Of a stretch of DNA of 64,000 bases, positions 46,605 through 56,456 are shown piece by piece. The notes below the pieces were generated by a model. That model ran no database searches and was not told where the DNA came from. It was given only the letters and a program-made list of their open reading frames with translations. Positions within the stretch are counted from its first letter, which is position 1. The number at the start of each line of letters is the position of its first letter. This stretch comes from a virus (lineage: Duplodnaviria; Caudoviricetes): the IMG/VR virus record IMGVR_UViG_2767802241_000002, positions 64,001 through 128,000 of that record; one strand, given 5' to 3'. A program made the position numbers and the translations under genes.

Positions 46605-47613
46605 ATGTTTGAGAATACGACAAAAAACCAACATTATGTTTCTCAATGTGAGCAAGATTAATGCGATCGATAGTAATGTAAATAAGGAAAATCGTCGTAT
46701 TTTCAGTTTAACATTACAAATAAATATACTTTGGAGTTTGATCTTGTAAGCCTCAGTGGAATTAAAATTGAGAAAAATCTAGCATTGATGACTTATATAG
46801 TTTTTTTATTAAAGACGATCGTACCAGGGAGAATTATGAAAATTTCTTTAAGCGTTACGAAGATAAGATATATGCGACAACAAATAACCTGCTGAATACT
46901 AATGATTTTCCTGCTAAGGAGTTTTTAGACTTAATTACAGCAAAGTTTATGAATTTATTACGTAACCCTTGGAGTATTCGTTTTGTTGTCGAAAATTTCG
47001 GATTTGTGCTTAGATACGATAATCCAGTTCACGGTTACGAAGCTGAATATGCGAAAATTGATGAACTAAGTGTTTTGCCTAAAATTTTAGATGAATTTTC
47101 TGTGAGTGAAGATGATTATAAAAAATGGCTGAAAATAATATTCTATTTTATAGTAGTGGATAATAATCATGGAAGCAATTCAACATTTTTAGATAAGTTA
47201 TTGAAAACTTTCTAAACACTAATAATAAAAACTATATTTATACTTATTTATTTATTTATGATGATGAAATTTGTTTGTTATCAGATAAAAGTTTAATTAT
47301 GTATAGCAATAACGAAGAAGAAGATTTATCAATTTCATTTAACCTTTCAAAAAATGCATTTTTAATGATTGAGTCAAGAAAGTACAAGCATCATTATGAG
47401 CATGATAATAACTTCACTGAACTTGAGACTGGTGAAGTGATCATTGATCCTACATTTAAGCTTAATAATGTTCAGTTGATTAAAAATAGATATGATTCAG
47501 GGTGGTTTGAGTATTGGAAGAAATATAATGCAAGGGTAATTTCTCAGAGTTCAAAGACGTTTTATGCAGCTGAAGAAAAATTTGAATTTGAGGAAACAAG
47601 TAAAGCCAAATAG
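46605..47613 (+). pseudogene. DUF4238-like moron, fragmented by homopolymer indels
   Basis: MFENTTKNQHYVSQCEQ start motif; fragments rejoin into one frame by restoring single A/T bases. Confidence 0.65.
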
Positions 47614-47645
47614 CTATAAATTTCTTCTTATTTTTTGAAATGAAT

Positions 47646-47722
47646 ATACCTATAGCTCAGTTGGATAGAGCATCCGCCTTCTAAGTGGGTGGTCACAGGT
47701 TTGAATCCTGTTAGGCGCGCCA
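47646..47722 (+). tRNA. Degenerate tRNA-Arg(UCU), probable pseudogene
   Basis: 77-nt cloverleaf with CTTCTAA loop and CCA; acceptor A1:C72 and A3:C70 mismatches; T-loop TTTGAAT. Confidence 0.8.
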
Positions 47723-47764
47723 TATTCTAATCAGGTGTAATCACACCATTTTAAACCTATCGAA

Positions 47765-47798
47765 TTCGATACCTTTACCCGCCGTGAGCGGGTTTTTG
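47765..47798 (+). terminator. Intrinsic terminator
   Basis: ACCCGC-CGTGA-GCGGGT + T run. Confidence 0.65.
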
Positions 47799-47817
47799 CA
47801 TTCTAGGAGTCTGAGAA

Positions 47818-48039
47818 TTGAAATTGAAAATTTTAGCAGTTGGGATTCTAGGTGCTGCAGCACTTGTAGGTTGTGCACGTGATGCACAGATGGCATCTAA
47901 AAACCTTTCTTATGCAGCTGATAACTTTCAACTTGATCGCCGTGTGGTTTTTTATAATGGCATTACGGGTGAGTATATTCTCACGATTGAAGGTAAGTGC
48001 TCGTTTGATGCTGTAAGCGAACGTACGCGAGATTGTTGA
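47818..48039 (+). pseudogene. Phage lipoprotein, apparently C-terminally truncated
   Basis: LVGC lipobox; ADNFQLDRRVVFYNGITGEYILTIEGKCS family motif, then abrupt stop. Confidence 0.6.
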
Positions 48040-48047
48040 TAAGGCTC

Positions 48048-48518
48048 ATGGCATTAACCGAGAAAATGAAAAAGTTTGCTCGCGCCATTGTTGATGGTGC
48101 AACAAACAAAGAAGCAGCTATTTCAGCAGGTTACGCAGAAAAGACAGCATCTCAACAGGGGTCGAAACTCAAAAATGATTCTGAAATTATTATCTACATC
48201 GAAAAGTTAAAGGCCGAAAAAGAAGGTCGTTCTTTAACTCCAAGTAAGCTGCAAGTTAAACCTGAATCAAGTTGTGAAAATGATAATCCCTTTGAAGGCA
48301 ATTATGCCCAAGATGATCCACTTCAATTTCTAATTGACGTTATGAACGACAAAGAGAATGAAATGGGCTTGCGGCTTCATGCTGCCAAATCAGCACTCCC
48401 ATACGTCCACGGCAAAGTAGCTGAAAAGGGCAAGAAAGAAACTAAAGAAGATGCAGCTAAAAGTACTGCAAATGGTGGCGGGAAATTTGGAACATTAGGC
48501 TCGCAACTGAAAAGTTAA
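48048..48518 (+). CDS. Orphan terminase small subunit-like protein
   Basis: ATNKEAAISAGYAEKTASQQGSKL HTH; DPLQFLIDVMND..RLHAAKSALPYVH. Confidence 0.78.
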   Translation: MALTEKMKKFARAIVDGATNKEAAISAGYAEKTASQQGSKLKNDSEIIIYIEKLKAEKEGRSLTPSKLQVKPESSCENDNPFEGNYAQDDPLQFLIDVMNDKENEMGLRLHAAKSALPYVHGKVAEKGKKETKEDAAKSTANGGGKFGTLGSQLKS

Positions 48519-48587
48519 TAATTAAAATTTGGGTAGTTTATTTTCACACTCTAAATTAATATCCCTTTGAAACTGTATGGGGGATGT

Positions 48588-49247
48588 ATGATTAGAGTTT
48601 CATTAAAAACAAAACTGATCAGAGCAATTAAAAATGTAGCATTTGCATCAGTTGCATTTTTTGTAATTGGAGCGCTGTTAAAAAGCGATGGGCCAAAGCT
48701 GGATTTGTCTAAAATTTACGAGCTGGTCAAAGATACAGTTGCATTCTTTTCTGCTTTTTTGGGTCCTGTCTTTGCCTATGTTCTTTTTAATGACTGGCGT
48801 GGAGAGCATATTGAAAAAAAACTAGAAGCAGATAGTGAATCAATCTTTAAAGCGATACAGGAAATTTACCTAAAACTATACGAAGTTAGAATGAGTATAT
48901 GTACAAAAGCTACGCTAGAAGAGACTGAGGGATTGAGGGTTAATATGTCTATGGAATTGTTAACTGTAGATATGATGAGGGTAAGAAACTACATTAAACT
49001 CCTCAAGGAAGAAAATGATTGTGCTTTAAATTTTATTCAACAAGCAAATGATATCGTAGATTCATTAAACAAAGTAAATAATGAGTTTTATGACATTCAG
49101 GGTGCATTTACGATGAATCATAAATCTAAAAGAGAATACGAATTTCTCAGTCCAATATTTGAAAATACAAAAGAGCTTACTAAAAACGCTAGCAAAATAG
49201 ATCAGTTAAACGATGTTTGTAAAGAATTACAGGTAAAAAACGCATAA
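48588..49247 (+). CDS. AT-rich membrane-anchored moron protein
   Basis: Two N-terminal TM segments, YVLFNDWRGEH, helical C-terminus. Confidence 0.7.
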   Translation: MIRVSLKTKLIRAIKNVAFASVAFFVIGALLKSDGPKLDLSKIYELVKDTVAFFSAFLGPVFAYVLFNDWRGEHIEKKLEADSESIFKAIQEIYLKLYEVRMSICTKATLEETEGLRVNMSMELLTVDMMRVRNYIKLLKEENDCALNFIQQANDIVDSLNKVNNEFYDIQGAFTMNHKSKREYEFLSPIFENTKELTKNASKIDQLNDVCKELQVKNA

Positions 49248-49278
49248 ACTCACAACAATGGTTTTTTTATTTCCCAAT

Positions 49279-49422
49279 ATTGTCTGAATACGTGGGCGAC
49301 ACGGTGAGAGAGAAAGCAATGTCCTGAACCAGAATGGGGATGCGTAGCAAGGTTTTCGAATGTACCAGTAAACATCGGCTTATCTCAGCCATTCATGCAG
49401 GGTTCGCATCCTGCCAGATAAT
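49279..49422 (+). ncRNA. Candidate structured tRNA-like RNA
   Basis: Closing stem ATTGTCTG/CAGATAAT, T-arm-like GCAGG-GTTCGCAT-CCTGC, internal hairpins. Confidence 0.35.
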
Positions 49423-49469
49423 TTATATTTACATGCCACCTTCGGAGGGTTTTTTAATGGGTGAGATTT

Positions 49470-50111
49470 ATGGACCAGATCCGACCATTCCCCCCGACTG
49501 ACTTCATTGATCAGGCGGAGGAAGAAGAAGCAATACGATTGGTACCCGCCGTGGATTTAAAACAGTGGGTAGTCGATAACTTTTTAACGCTTGGTGGCGC
49601 GCTACATAATCCAGACCATGACCACATTGCTGAGTTATTACATGATGATGAAACATTTTTAGCTTTTGCGTGGGCATCATCTGCCGCCGTGGCTAAAAAG
49701 CGTATGGTGTTAGGTCAATGTGAAAAGGTGATGTTTAATCAGGGCGGATGGAAGAAAGCACGACAGGAACAACAGATGCGCGACTGGTTCGGCGCCGTAC
49801 CGGTCTATTTAATCACTGTAGACGCTTCATTCTGTGAACAAGCTTCTGACCGTGATTTTTGCGCCCTGATCGATCATGAGCTATATCACATCGGCGTAGA
49901 ACGTGATGAAGACGGCGAAATCATTTACAGCGATCATACTGGGTTACCCAAACATTACTTAGCAGGCCATGATGTCGAAGATTTATCGGTGTGGTCAAAC
50001 GATGGGGAGCAAGCGAAAGCGTTAAACGATTAGTCGAGGTCGCACAGAATCCGCCGTTTGTACCAGATTTAGACATAGCAAAAATGCTGCGGAAACTGCG
50101 TAATCAATTGA
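49470..50111 (+). CDS. Putative phage metallopeptidase with two indels
   Basis: IDHELYH; HDVE then FIGVVKRWGA and CCGNC in shifted frames; paralog of 4604-5224. Confidence 0.78.
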
Positions 50112-50169
50112 GCCGAAAGGCTCTTTTTTTTGCCTATTTTGTTGGACGTAGCAGGACAAAGGTGAGTTT

Positions 50170-50626
50170 ATGGCGGCACTTAAAGAGCCTGTAAAAATCT
50201 TTATAGTTCAGTCTCTTGCTTGCTTTGAAACCCCTCAACAGGTAGCAGATGCTGTCAAACAAGAATATGGCATAGAAATTGATCGCAGACAGTGTGAGGG
50301 CTATGACCCACTAAATACTCGGGTCGAAATCTTAGTAAGAAATTAAAGGACTTATTCGACCGCACTCGCAAGGATTTCCGAGAAATATTGAAGACATTGC
50401 AATTGCGAACAAGGCTTTTCGTTTGCGTGAACTGCAAAAGATGTATGACGATTCAGGTAAAAATAAGCGAGCTAAGCAGAATTTACTAAAGCAAGCTTTT
50501 CAAGAGACCGATGGGCGAGTGACCAAGCATGACGTCACAACAAACGGCGAGTCTATCAATAGCATCAAGCCTACTTTAATCGAACTGGTGGCACCCAATG
50601 TCAAAACAACAGAAGGTACAGATTGA
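50170..50626 (+). CDS. terS: Terminase small subunit (DUF2280-like) with two indels
   Basis: MAALKEPVKIFIVQSLACFETP..CEGYDP; IAIANKAFRLRELQ in shifted frame. Confidence 0.78.
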
Positions 50627-51881
50627 GCTACCACCCAAAATTAATACCAATCTTCAGCACGGCGAACGTCCGATATAGATCATCATGGGGCGGCCGTGGA
50701 TCAGCTAAAACGAGAACGTTTGCACTCATGACGGCGATTAAGGGTTATATGTTTGCTGAGGCGGGGATAAGCGGTTTAATCCTTGGTGCACGTGAGTTTA
50801 TGAATACGCTGTCTGAATCTTCTATGGAGGAGATTAAGCAAGCCATTCGCTCAGTCCCTTTTCTTAAAGCTTATTACGAGAATGGGCGAGAACTATATAC
50901 GGACGAAGAATCGCCGTGTGAGTTATGGTTTTGCTGGTCTGCGGCATAACTTGGATAGTATCAAGTCCAAAAGCACGCATTTTACTATGTTGGGTCGATG
51001 AAGCTGAAACCGTCAGCGAAATTGCTTGGCGTAAGCTTTTGCCGACGGTACGTGAGGATGGCTCAGAGGTCTGGGTGACATGGAACCCTGAACGCCGTGA
51101 TAGTGCCACAAGCAAGCGATTTCGGCATGAGCAGATATTCGATGAGCTGACCGGTGAACTAATCGGCGTCGGCTGTGAGATGAATTACAGCGATAACCCA
51201 TGGTTCCCTGAAGTCTTAGAAATTGAACGGCGGCAAGATCAAGCCAACCAAGACGATGCAACCTATCGCTGGATCTGGGAAGGTGATTATCTTGAGTTAT
51301 CGGAAGCGCAGATATTTAGGAATAAGTTCGAGATTAAGGATTTTGAACCTGACCCACAAACGTGGGATGGACCATATCAGGGCTTAGACTTCGGCTTTGC
51401 GAAAGATCCAACCGCGGCCACAAGATCATGGATACATGATGATTGCCTATGGATTGAGTATGAAGCAGGTGCGGTGGGATTGGAGCTTGATGATACCAAG
51501 CCTTTTATCTGTAATAAGATTCCTGACTTTGAGAAATACCCGACCTATGCTGATAACGCGAGGCCTGAATCTATTAGCCATTTACGTGGTAAAGGTTTAA
51601 TACGCATGCGGGCTTGTGAAAAGGGTAAGGGCTCTGTTGAGGATGGTATCGAACACATTAAGTCATTTAAATGTGTTTATATCCATTCGCGATGCAAAGA
51701 AACACTTAAAGAATTTCGCAATTACTCATATAAAAAAGATCGCCTCACAGATGAAGTGCTGCCGATTATTGTTGATGACTGGAACCACTATATTGATTCA
51801 TTACGTTATGCACTTGAAAAAGTCATGAAGCGTAAGACTGGTTTAAAAATCAATCCATCCATTTTGAACGGACTGCGTTAA
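50598..51881 (+). CDS. terL: Terminase large subunit (PBSX-type) with three apparent indels
   Basis: GGRGSAKT, WVDEAE, TWNP, GLDFGFAKDP, NHYIDSLRY. Confidence 0.9.
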
Positions 51882-51883
51882 AT

Positions 51884-53382
51884 ATGAAAAAACATAAAAA
51901 TCTGCTCGAAAGAATGGGCTGAGTTTAAAAGCTAGAGAGGTTGCAGCACTCGAAAAGCAAAATAAGATTAATCAGCAAATGGTGAGTTTGATTAGTCAAT
52001 TGAATAGTAATCAACCAACGTCAAATGCTGGTTATTCATTGCCTGAGATTCACCCCCCGTGGTACCTAAAGGTAAGACGGCGGCGATTGCGCAAGATAGT
52101 TGTGGTTTTGATGCTTATGCCAACAGGACCACAATTTTATAGCGGATTTTTAGGCTATCAACGCCTTGCACTAATGTCACAGTCTAGTGACTATCGCGCC
52201 GTTCCTGAAACCACGGCGAACGAGATGACGCGTGCATGGGGCAAGGTTAAAATCAAAGGGGACGGCGATGATCAATTAGCTGATCGAATTGTATTGATTG
52301 AGAAAAGATTAAAGAAACTTAAAGTTCGTGAACTGATGCGAAAACATATCGAGTGTGAGATGACTTTTGGTCGCTCACAATTGGCGATCAGTATCAAAGG
52401 GCATGAAAATAAAGCCGATGTACCATTAGTAATTTCTCCATCAGGTGTACCGAAGGGAAGTCTACAAAGTTTTAGCCATATTGAACCAATTTGGTCAACA
52501 CCGAGTGCTTACAATGCAAGTAACCTATAGCTGATGATTTCTTCAAGCCCAGTAAATGGTTTTGTACTTGGCAAGGAGATTCATGATGATCGGTTATTGA
52601 CGTTGATTACTCGACCAGTGCCGGACATGCTGAAGCCTGCTTATAACTTTAGCGGCGTATCAATGTTGCAGTTGATGCAGCCCTATGTTGAGCGCTGGCA
52701 GCGGACGGTCGATAGTGTGAGCGCTTTAATTAAGGCATTTTCAATCACTGGGTTAAAAACCAGCATGGATAACGTTCTATCTGGTGGTGAGGGAAGCAGT
52801 GCGCAACTTGTCATGCGTGCACAACTATTCTCAATGCTGCGCGAAAACCTCAATACGATGTTAATTGATAAAGAAAGTGAAGAACTTTTTCAGATTAATA
52901 CGCCGTTGACGACGTTAGATTCACTTATTCAAAAGTCACAGGAACAAATGGCAGGACCATCACATACGCCGCTGGTTAAATTACTAGGGATTACCCCTAG
53001 CGGTCTAAATGCGAATAGTGACGGCGAGATACGCGTCTATAACGATTATATTTCATCGTTACAAGAGTCGTTTATGCGACCGCAGCTTGAAGTGATCTTG
53101 AATCTTGTTCAGCTGGATTTATTTGGTGAAATTGATGAAAACATCTTCTTTGAGTTTGCATCACTACATCAACTGAATGATGAACAACAAGCAACAGTGA
53201 ATAAAACCAAAGCTGAGGCAGCACAAATTCTTATCAGTTCGGGTGTGATTGGTCAGGATGAGGTACGCGATACATTGTCGAAAGATGAATCGGGTGATTA
53301 CAGCGGTATAGATAAAGATAAGTTGCCTGATCCTATGGATTTAGATTATGAAGGTAATCAAGAAACCGTTAACGCTGCCTGA
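51884..53382 (+). CDS. Portal protein (DUF1073-like) with several indels
   Basis: FLGYQRLALMSQ..LKPAYNFSG..KLLGITPSGLNA; fragments 51979-52530 and 52534-53382. Confidence 0.85.
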
Positions 53383-54142
53383 GATAATACCTAATGCTGG
53401 AGTTGAGCGAGCTTATCAACGGGCAATTTTCGCCGTAATACGCGATATGCAGGAAGATGTAAGGATAACACTGCTTAAAGAGTTTAAGGATTCTGCACGG
53501 CGCGAGAAGATAGCCATGGATGGCATATCAGACTGGGCAGCTCATGTTATTGACTTGCTTGTTGACCGATGGACTAGAAAGCTCGATTTGCTTGGACCAA
53601 AGATAGCAGAGCTTTTCTTAAACAAAAGCTTAGTTAATTATGATGTCCAGTTTAAGCGGCATTTGCGCAGTGCTGGCTTTACGGTTCGTATACAGTTATC
53701 ACTAATGCAAGAAGAAGCACTAAAGGCTGTGCTTGCAGAGAATATCGGACTGATTAAATCGATTGGCACACAGTATTTAGCAAACGTGCAAACACATGTT
53801 TGGCAATGTGTAACCAGTGGCTATGATCTTGGTACTTTGTCTAAAAATCTGCAAAAAGATTTTGGCGTGTCAGAGCGCCGTGCCGCATTTATTGCACGAG
53901 ATCAAGGTGCTAAAGCCCATGCCGTTATTGAACAGGCACGGCGTAAAGAATTGGGCATCACAGAAGCAATTTGGCTACATAGCCATGCAGGCAAGAAACC
54001 TAGACCATCACACTTGGCGGCGCATGGTAAAGCATTTGATATATCGAAAGGTATGTATTTGGATGGTAAGTGGGTATTACCGGGACAAGAAATAAATTGT
54101 CGTTGTGGCAGTAAAGCAATTATTGAGGGGATTGTTGGATGA
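53348..54142 (+). CDS. Head morphogenesis protein (Mu gpF-like)
   Basis: WLHSHAGKKPRPSH..PGQEINCRC. Confidence 0.88.
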   Translation: MKVIKKPLTLPEIIPNAGVERAYQRAIFAVIRDMQEDVRITLLKEFKDSARREKIAMDGISDWAAHVIDLLVDRWTRKLDLLGPKIAELFLNKSLVNYDVQFKRHLRSAGFTVRIQLSLMQEEALKAVLAENIGLIKSIGTQYLANVQTHVWQCVTSGYDLGTLSKNLQKDFGVSERRAAFIARDQGAKAHAVIEQARRKELGITEAIWLHSHAGKKPRPSHLAAHGKAFDISKGMYLDGKWVLPGQEINCRCGSKAIIEGIVG

Positions 54143-54321
54143 TGCTGGATCATAGTTTTACGGGGAAAGAAAATTTAGAAAAACAAGATATCAGGCTTCA
54201 GCTTGTTATTGAGTTTAAACACTTGCTTATAGATCAGTATGGTGGTGATGCTTTGGCATATTTAGCTGACATTGATAAAATAACCAAGTATATTGCTGAT
54301 GGTAAATTGCAAAAAACCTAA
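54139..54321 (+). CDS. Small hypothetical protein
   Basis: ATGA-coupled 60-aa ORF. Confidence 0.55.
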   Translation: MMLDHSFTGKENLEKQDIRLQLVIEFKHLLIDQYGGDALAYLADIDKITKYIADGKLQKT

Positions 54322-54322
54322 A

Positions 54323-54511
54323 TTAATTAACCCTCTTATTCTCATCAAAAAATTGAATTGCTTGGATAAGCAATTCATTGTGACTTAAGTTGTGACGTTT
54401 TGCCACATCTTCAATGTATGCGATATCATCGAGTTTAAGTTTGAAGCCTTTAACTTTGACATTGCGTTTTAAGTCACTGGCGTGCTGAATTTCTGATCTT
54501 GATTTAGTCAT
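54323..54511 (-). CDS. Ribbon-helix-helix-like DNA-binding protein
   Basis: VKVKGFKL strand, then DDIAYIEDVAKRHNLSHNELLIQAIQFF helices; AGGA RBS. Confidence 0.75.
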   Translation of the reverse strand: MTKSRSEIQHASDLKRNVKVKGFKLKLDDIAYIEDVAKRHNLSHNELLIQAIQFFDENKRVN

Positions 54512-54527
54512 AGTTTTGTCCTATAGT
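54499..54527 (+). promoter_or_regulatory. Candidate antisense-RNA promoter
   Basis: TTGATT-17 bp-TATAGT pointing into the peptide gene. Confidence 0.55.
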
Positions 54528-54581
54528 TGATATTACTTGGAGGAGAGGCTAGATAGCTGGAACTATCTAACCCTTGTTGTC

Positions 54582-54647
54582 TTAGTTAGCTGATCTTGAG
54601 ATCAAAACTAAGAGAACAATAACGATGATCTTGATAAGGTGTTTCAT
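54582..54647 (-). CDS. 21-aa hydrophobic Ibs-like peptide (candidate type I toxin; not in ORF track)
   Basis: MKHLIKIIVIVLLVLISRSAN; GGAGAG RBS. Confidence 0.7.
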   Translation of the reverse strand: MKHLIKIIVIVLLVLISRSAN

Positions 54648-54717
54648 CGTATCTCTCCAAGGCATTTGTAACATTAAGCTGTTACGGTCATCATTGCTTA
54701 ATTGCGTTGATAGACTC

Positions 54718-54746
54718 ATTGTAGGTTAACCTACAATTTGAGTCAA
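54718..54746 (-). promoter_or_regulatory. Promoter with overlapping 18-bp palindromic operator
   Basis: TTGACT-17-TACAAT on minus strand; TTGTAGGTTAACCTACAA at 54719-54736. Confidence 0.78.
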
Positions 54747-54759
54747 TAGAATTCTTTGA

Positions 54760-54826
54760 AAAAGCTCACTTTTGTGGGCTTTTTTATTATCTAAATTTTA
54801 CTTAACCACCTTCGGGTGGTTTTTTT
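54760..54826 (+). terminator. Two tandem intrinsic terminators
   Basis: AGCTCAC-TTTT-GTGGGCT + T run; ACCACC-TTCG-GGTGGT + T run. Confidence 0.75.
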
Positions 54827-54845
54827 ATGCCTGAACGGTGAGTAA

Positions 54846-55961
54846 ATGAATATAAAAATCGCCATGGATAAATCGATGCGCCGTTACGATGGCAACGGTC
54901 ATTTGATTGTAGAAAAGACCATCATTTCAAAAGCTGCGATTAATCCATACAAAGGTAAAGAAATCCCCAACTTTGAGCAGCTAGGGCTTGACCCTAAAAA
55001 AACTTATATGCTGCTTCGAGATCCAGCGGAATTACAAAATGCTTTAGATACATTCAAGGGTATTCAATTGCTGATTAAGCACATCCCTGTTAATGCGGAT
55101 GAGCCAAGTAAGACGCTAACAGTGGGTGCAATTGGCACCGATGTAGCCATGGAAGGTGATGATGTCGTTGCATCAATGCGGATATGGGATCAAGAAGCAA
55201 TAGACTTGATTGAATCTAAAAAATTGCAAGAGTTGTCAGCGGGTTACGCATATGCCGCTGACATGACTTCTGGTGATTACAACGGCGAACACTATGACGG
55301 TGTGATGCGAAGTATTCACGGAAATCACGTAGCGCTAGTCGAGTATGGTCGCATTGGTCGTGACGCGATTATTGCTGACCACTTACCACCTGAACTAAGG
55401 GAAAAAAACATGAAGTTAAAAAAAGGCTCAACGCCGAAAATTCTAGCTTTGCTACAGCGCATTGCTCAAGACTCGGACATTACCGAGGATACAGTCGAGG
55501 AAGTTGTGAAAACCGTCGGCGATAGCATCGAAGATGAACCGAAGGCTAAAGATAATGATCCAGCCGACCCTGATGCGAATGATGAAGATAGCAAAAAAGC
55601 TCAAGACAAAGACGACGATAAAAAAGCGGCTAACTCTGATGAAAGTAAAAAGCCTGCGATGGATTCTGTGCAAATCGCATTAGATGCTGAAAATCGCGCT
55701 GTAGCGCGTGTAACAGCATTATTCGAAGCGCGTAAACAAGTTGAACCATTAGTGGGTGTAGTGGCAATGGATAGTGCCGAAGCCGTGTATGAATTTGCAT
55801 TAAAAAAACATGGCATTGATACGGCTGGTGTCCATCCAAGTGCGTACAAGTCTATGGCTGGTTTATTGTTAAAGCAAACAACATCACCAACAGTCGCATT
55901 AGATTCAGCATTCACTGAGCTTGATGAGCGTACAAACAAACTGGTAAGCCGTTTCGGCTAA
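54846..55961 (+). CDS. Prohead protease/scaffold (DUF2213-like)
   Basis: ELSAGY..GNHVALVEYGRIG; repeated AMD/ALD motifs. Confidence 0.88.
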   Translation: MNIKIAMDKSMRRYDGNGHLIVEKTIISKAAINPYKGKEIPNFEQLGLDPKKTYMLLRDPAELQNALDTFKGIQLLIKHIPVNADEPSKTLTVGAIGTDVAMEGDDVVASMRIWDQEAIDLIESKKLQELSAGYAYAADMTSGDYNGEHYDGVMRSIHGNHVALVEYGRIGRDAIIADHLPPELREKNMKLKKGSTPKILALLQRIAQDSDITEDTVEEVVKTVGDSIEDEPKAKDNDPADPDANDEDSKKAQDKDDDKKAANSDESKKPAMDSVQIALDAENRAVARVTALFEARKQVEPLVGVVAMDSAEAVYEFALKKHGIDTAGVHPSAYKSMAGLLLKQTTSPTVALDSAFTELDERTNKLVSRFG

Positions 55962-55971
55962 AGGGGAATAT

Positions 55972-56445
55972 ATGTCATTTCAACAAACATTAAATCGCGA
56001 TTTACCTCTCGGTGTTGAAGGCGATTTCGCATCAACCAATCCTTATCATTCTGTATTAGCTGGAGAGGGAGCCTTAACTGCAGGTGAGGCAAGTGTAACA
56101 GTAGGGCGTTTTGCTTGGGCAGATCCAGAAACAGGGATGGTGAGCAATAAAAAAATTGAAGGAGGCGTAATTGGTTTTGTACGCCGTGAGCAGACAGCAA
56201 TCATTGTCGAATATCTTGCTGAATCATCACTAAAAGTGCCGAAAGGTTTTGGTGTAACTTTGTACGACGGTGGTGATTTTTGGGCACGTTTTGAAGAAGG
56301 TGCAACCATTGGTCAAAGCGTATTTGCAAGCGATACAGATGGTACCGTGCAAGCTGCAGACTCTGCGCCTGCTGGGCACACAGATACGGGCTTTAAAGTA
56401 GCATCAAATGCTGCTGTGGGCAATCTGGCTAAAATCACAAAATAA
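55972..56445 (+). CDS. Capsid decoration/cement protein
   Basis: GVEGDFASTNP..VTVGRFAW..GDFWA. Confidence 0.75.
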   Translation: MSFQQTLNRDLPLGVEGDFASTNPYHSVLAGEGALTAGEASVTVGRFAWADPETGMVSNKKIEGGVIGFVRREQTAIIVEYLAESSLKVPKGFGVTLYDGGDFWARFEEGATIGQSVFASDTDGTVQAADSAPAGHTDTGFKVASNAAVGNLAKITK

Positions 56446-56456
56446 GGGAAGTAAAA

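Noticed and set aside
50170-52560. Programmed frameshifting in terminase and portal
   Set aside because: Too many shifts in both directions with no consistent slippery heptamers; error or decay explains them better
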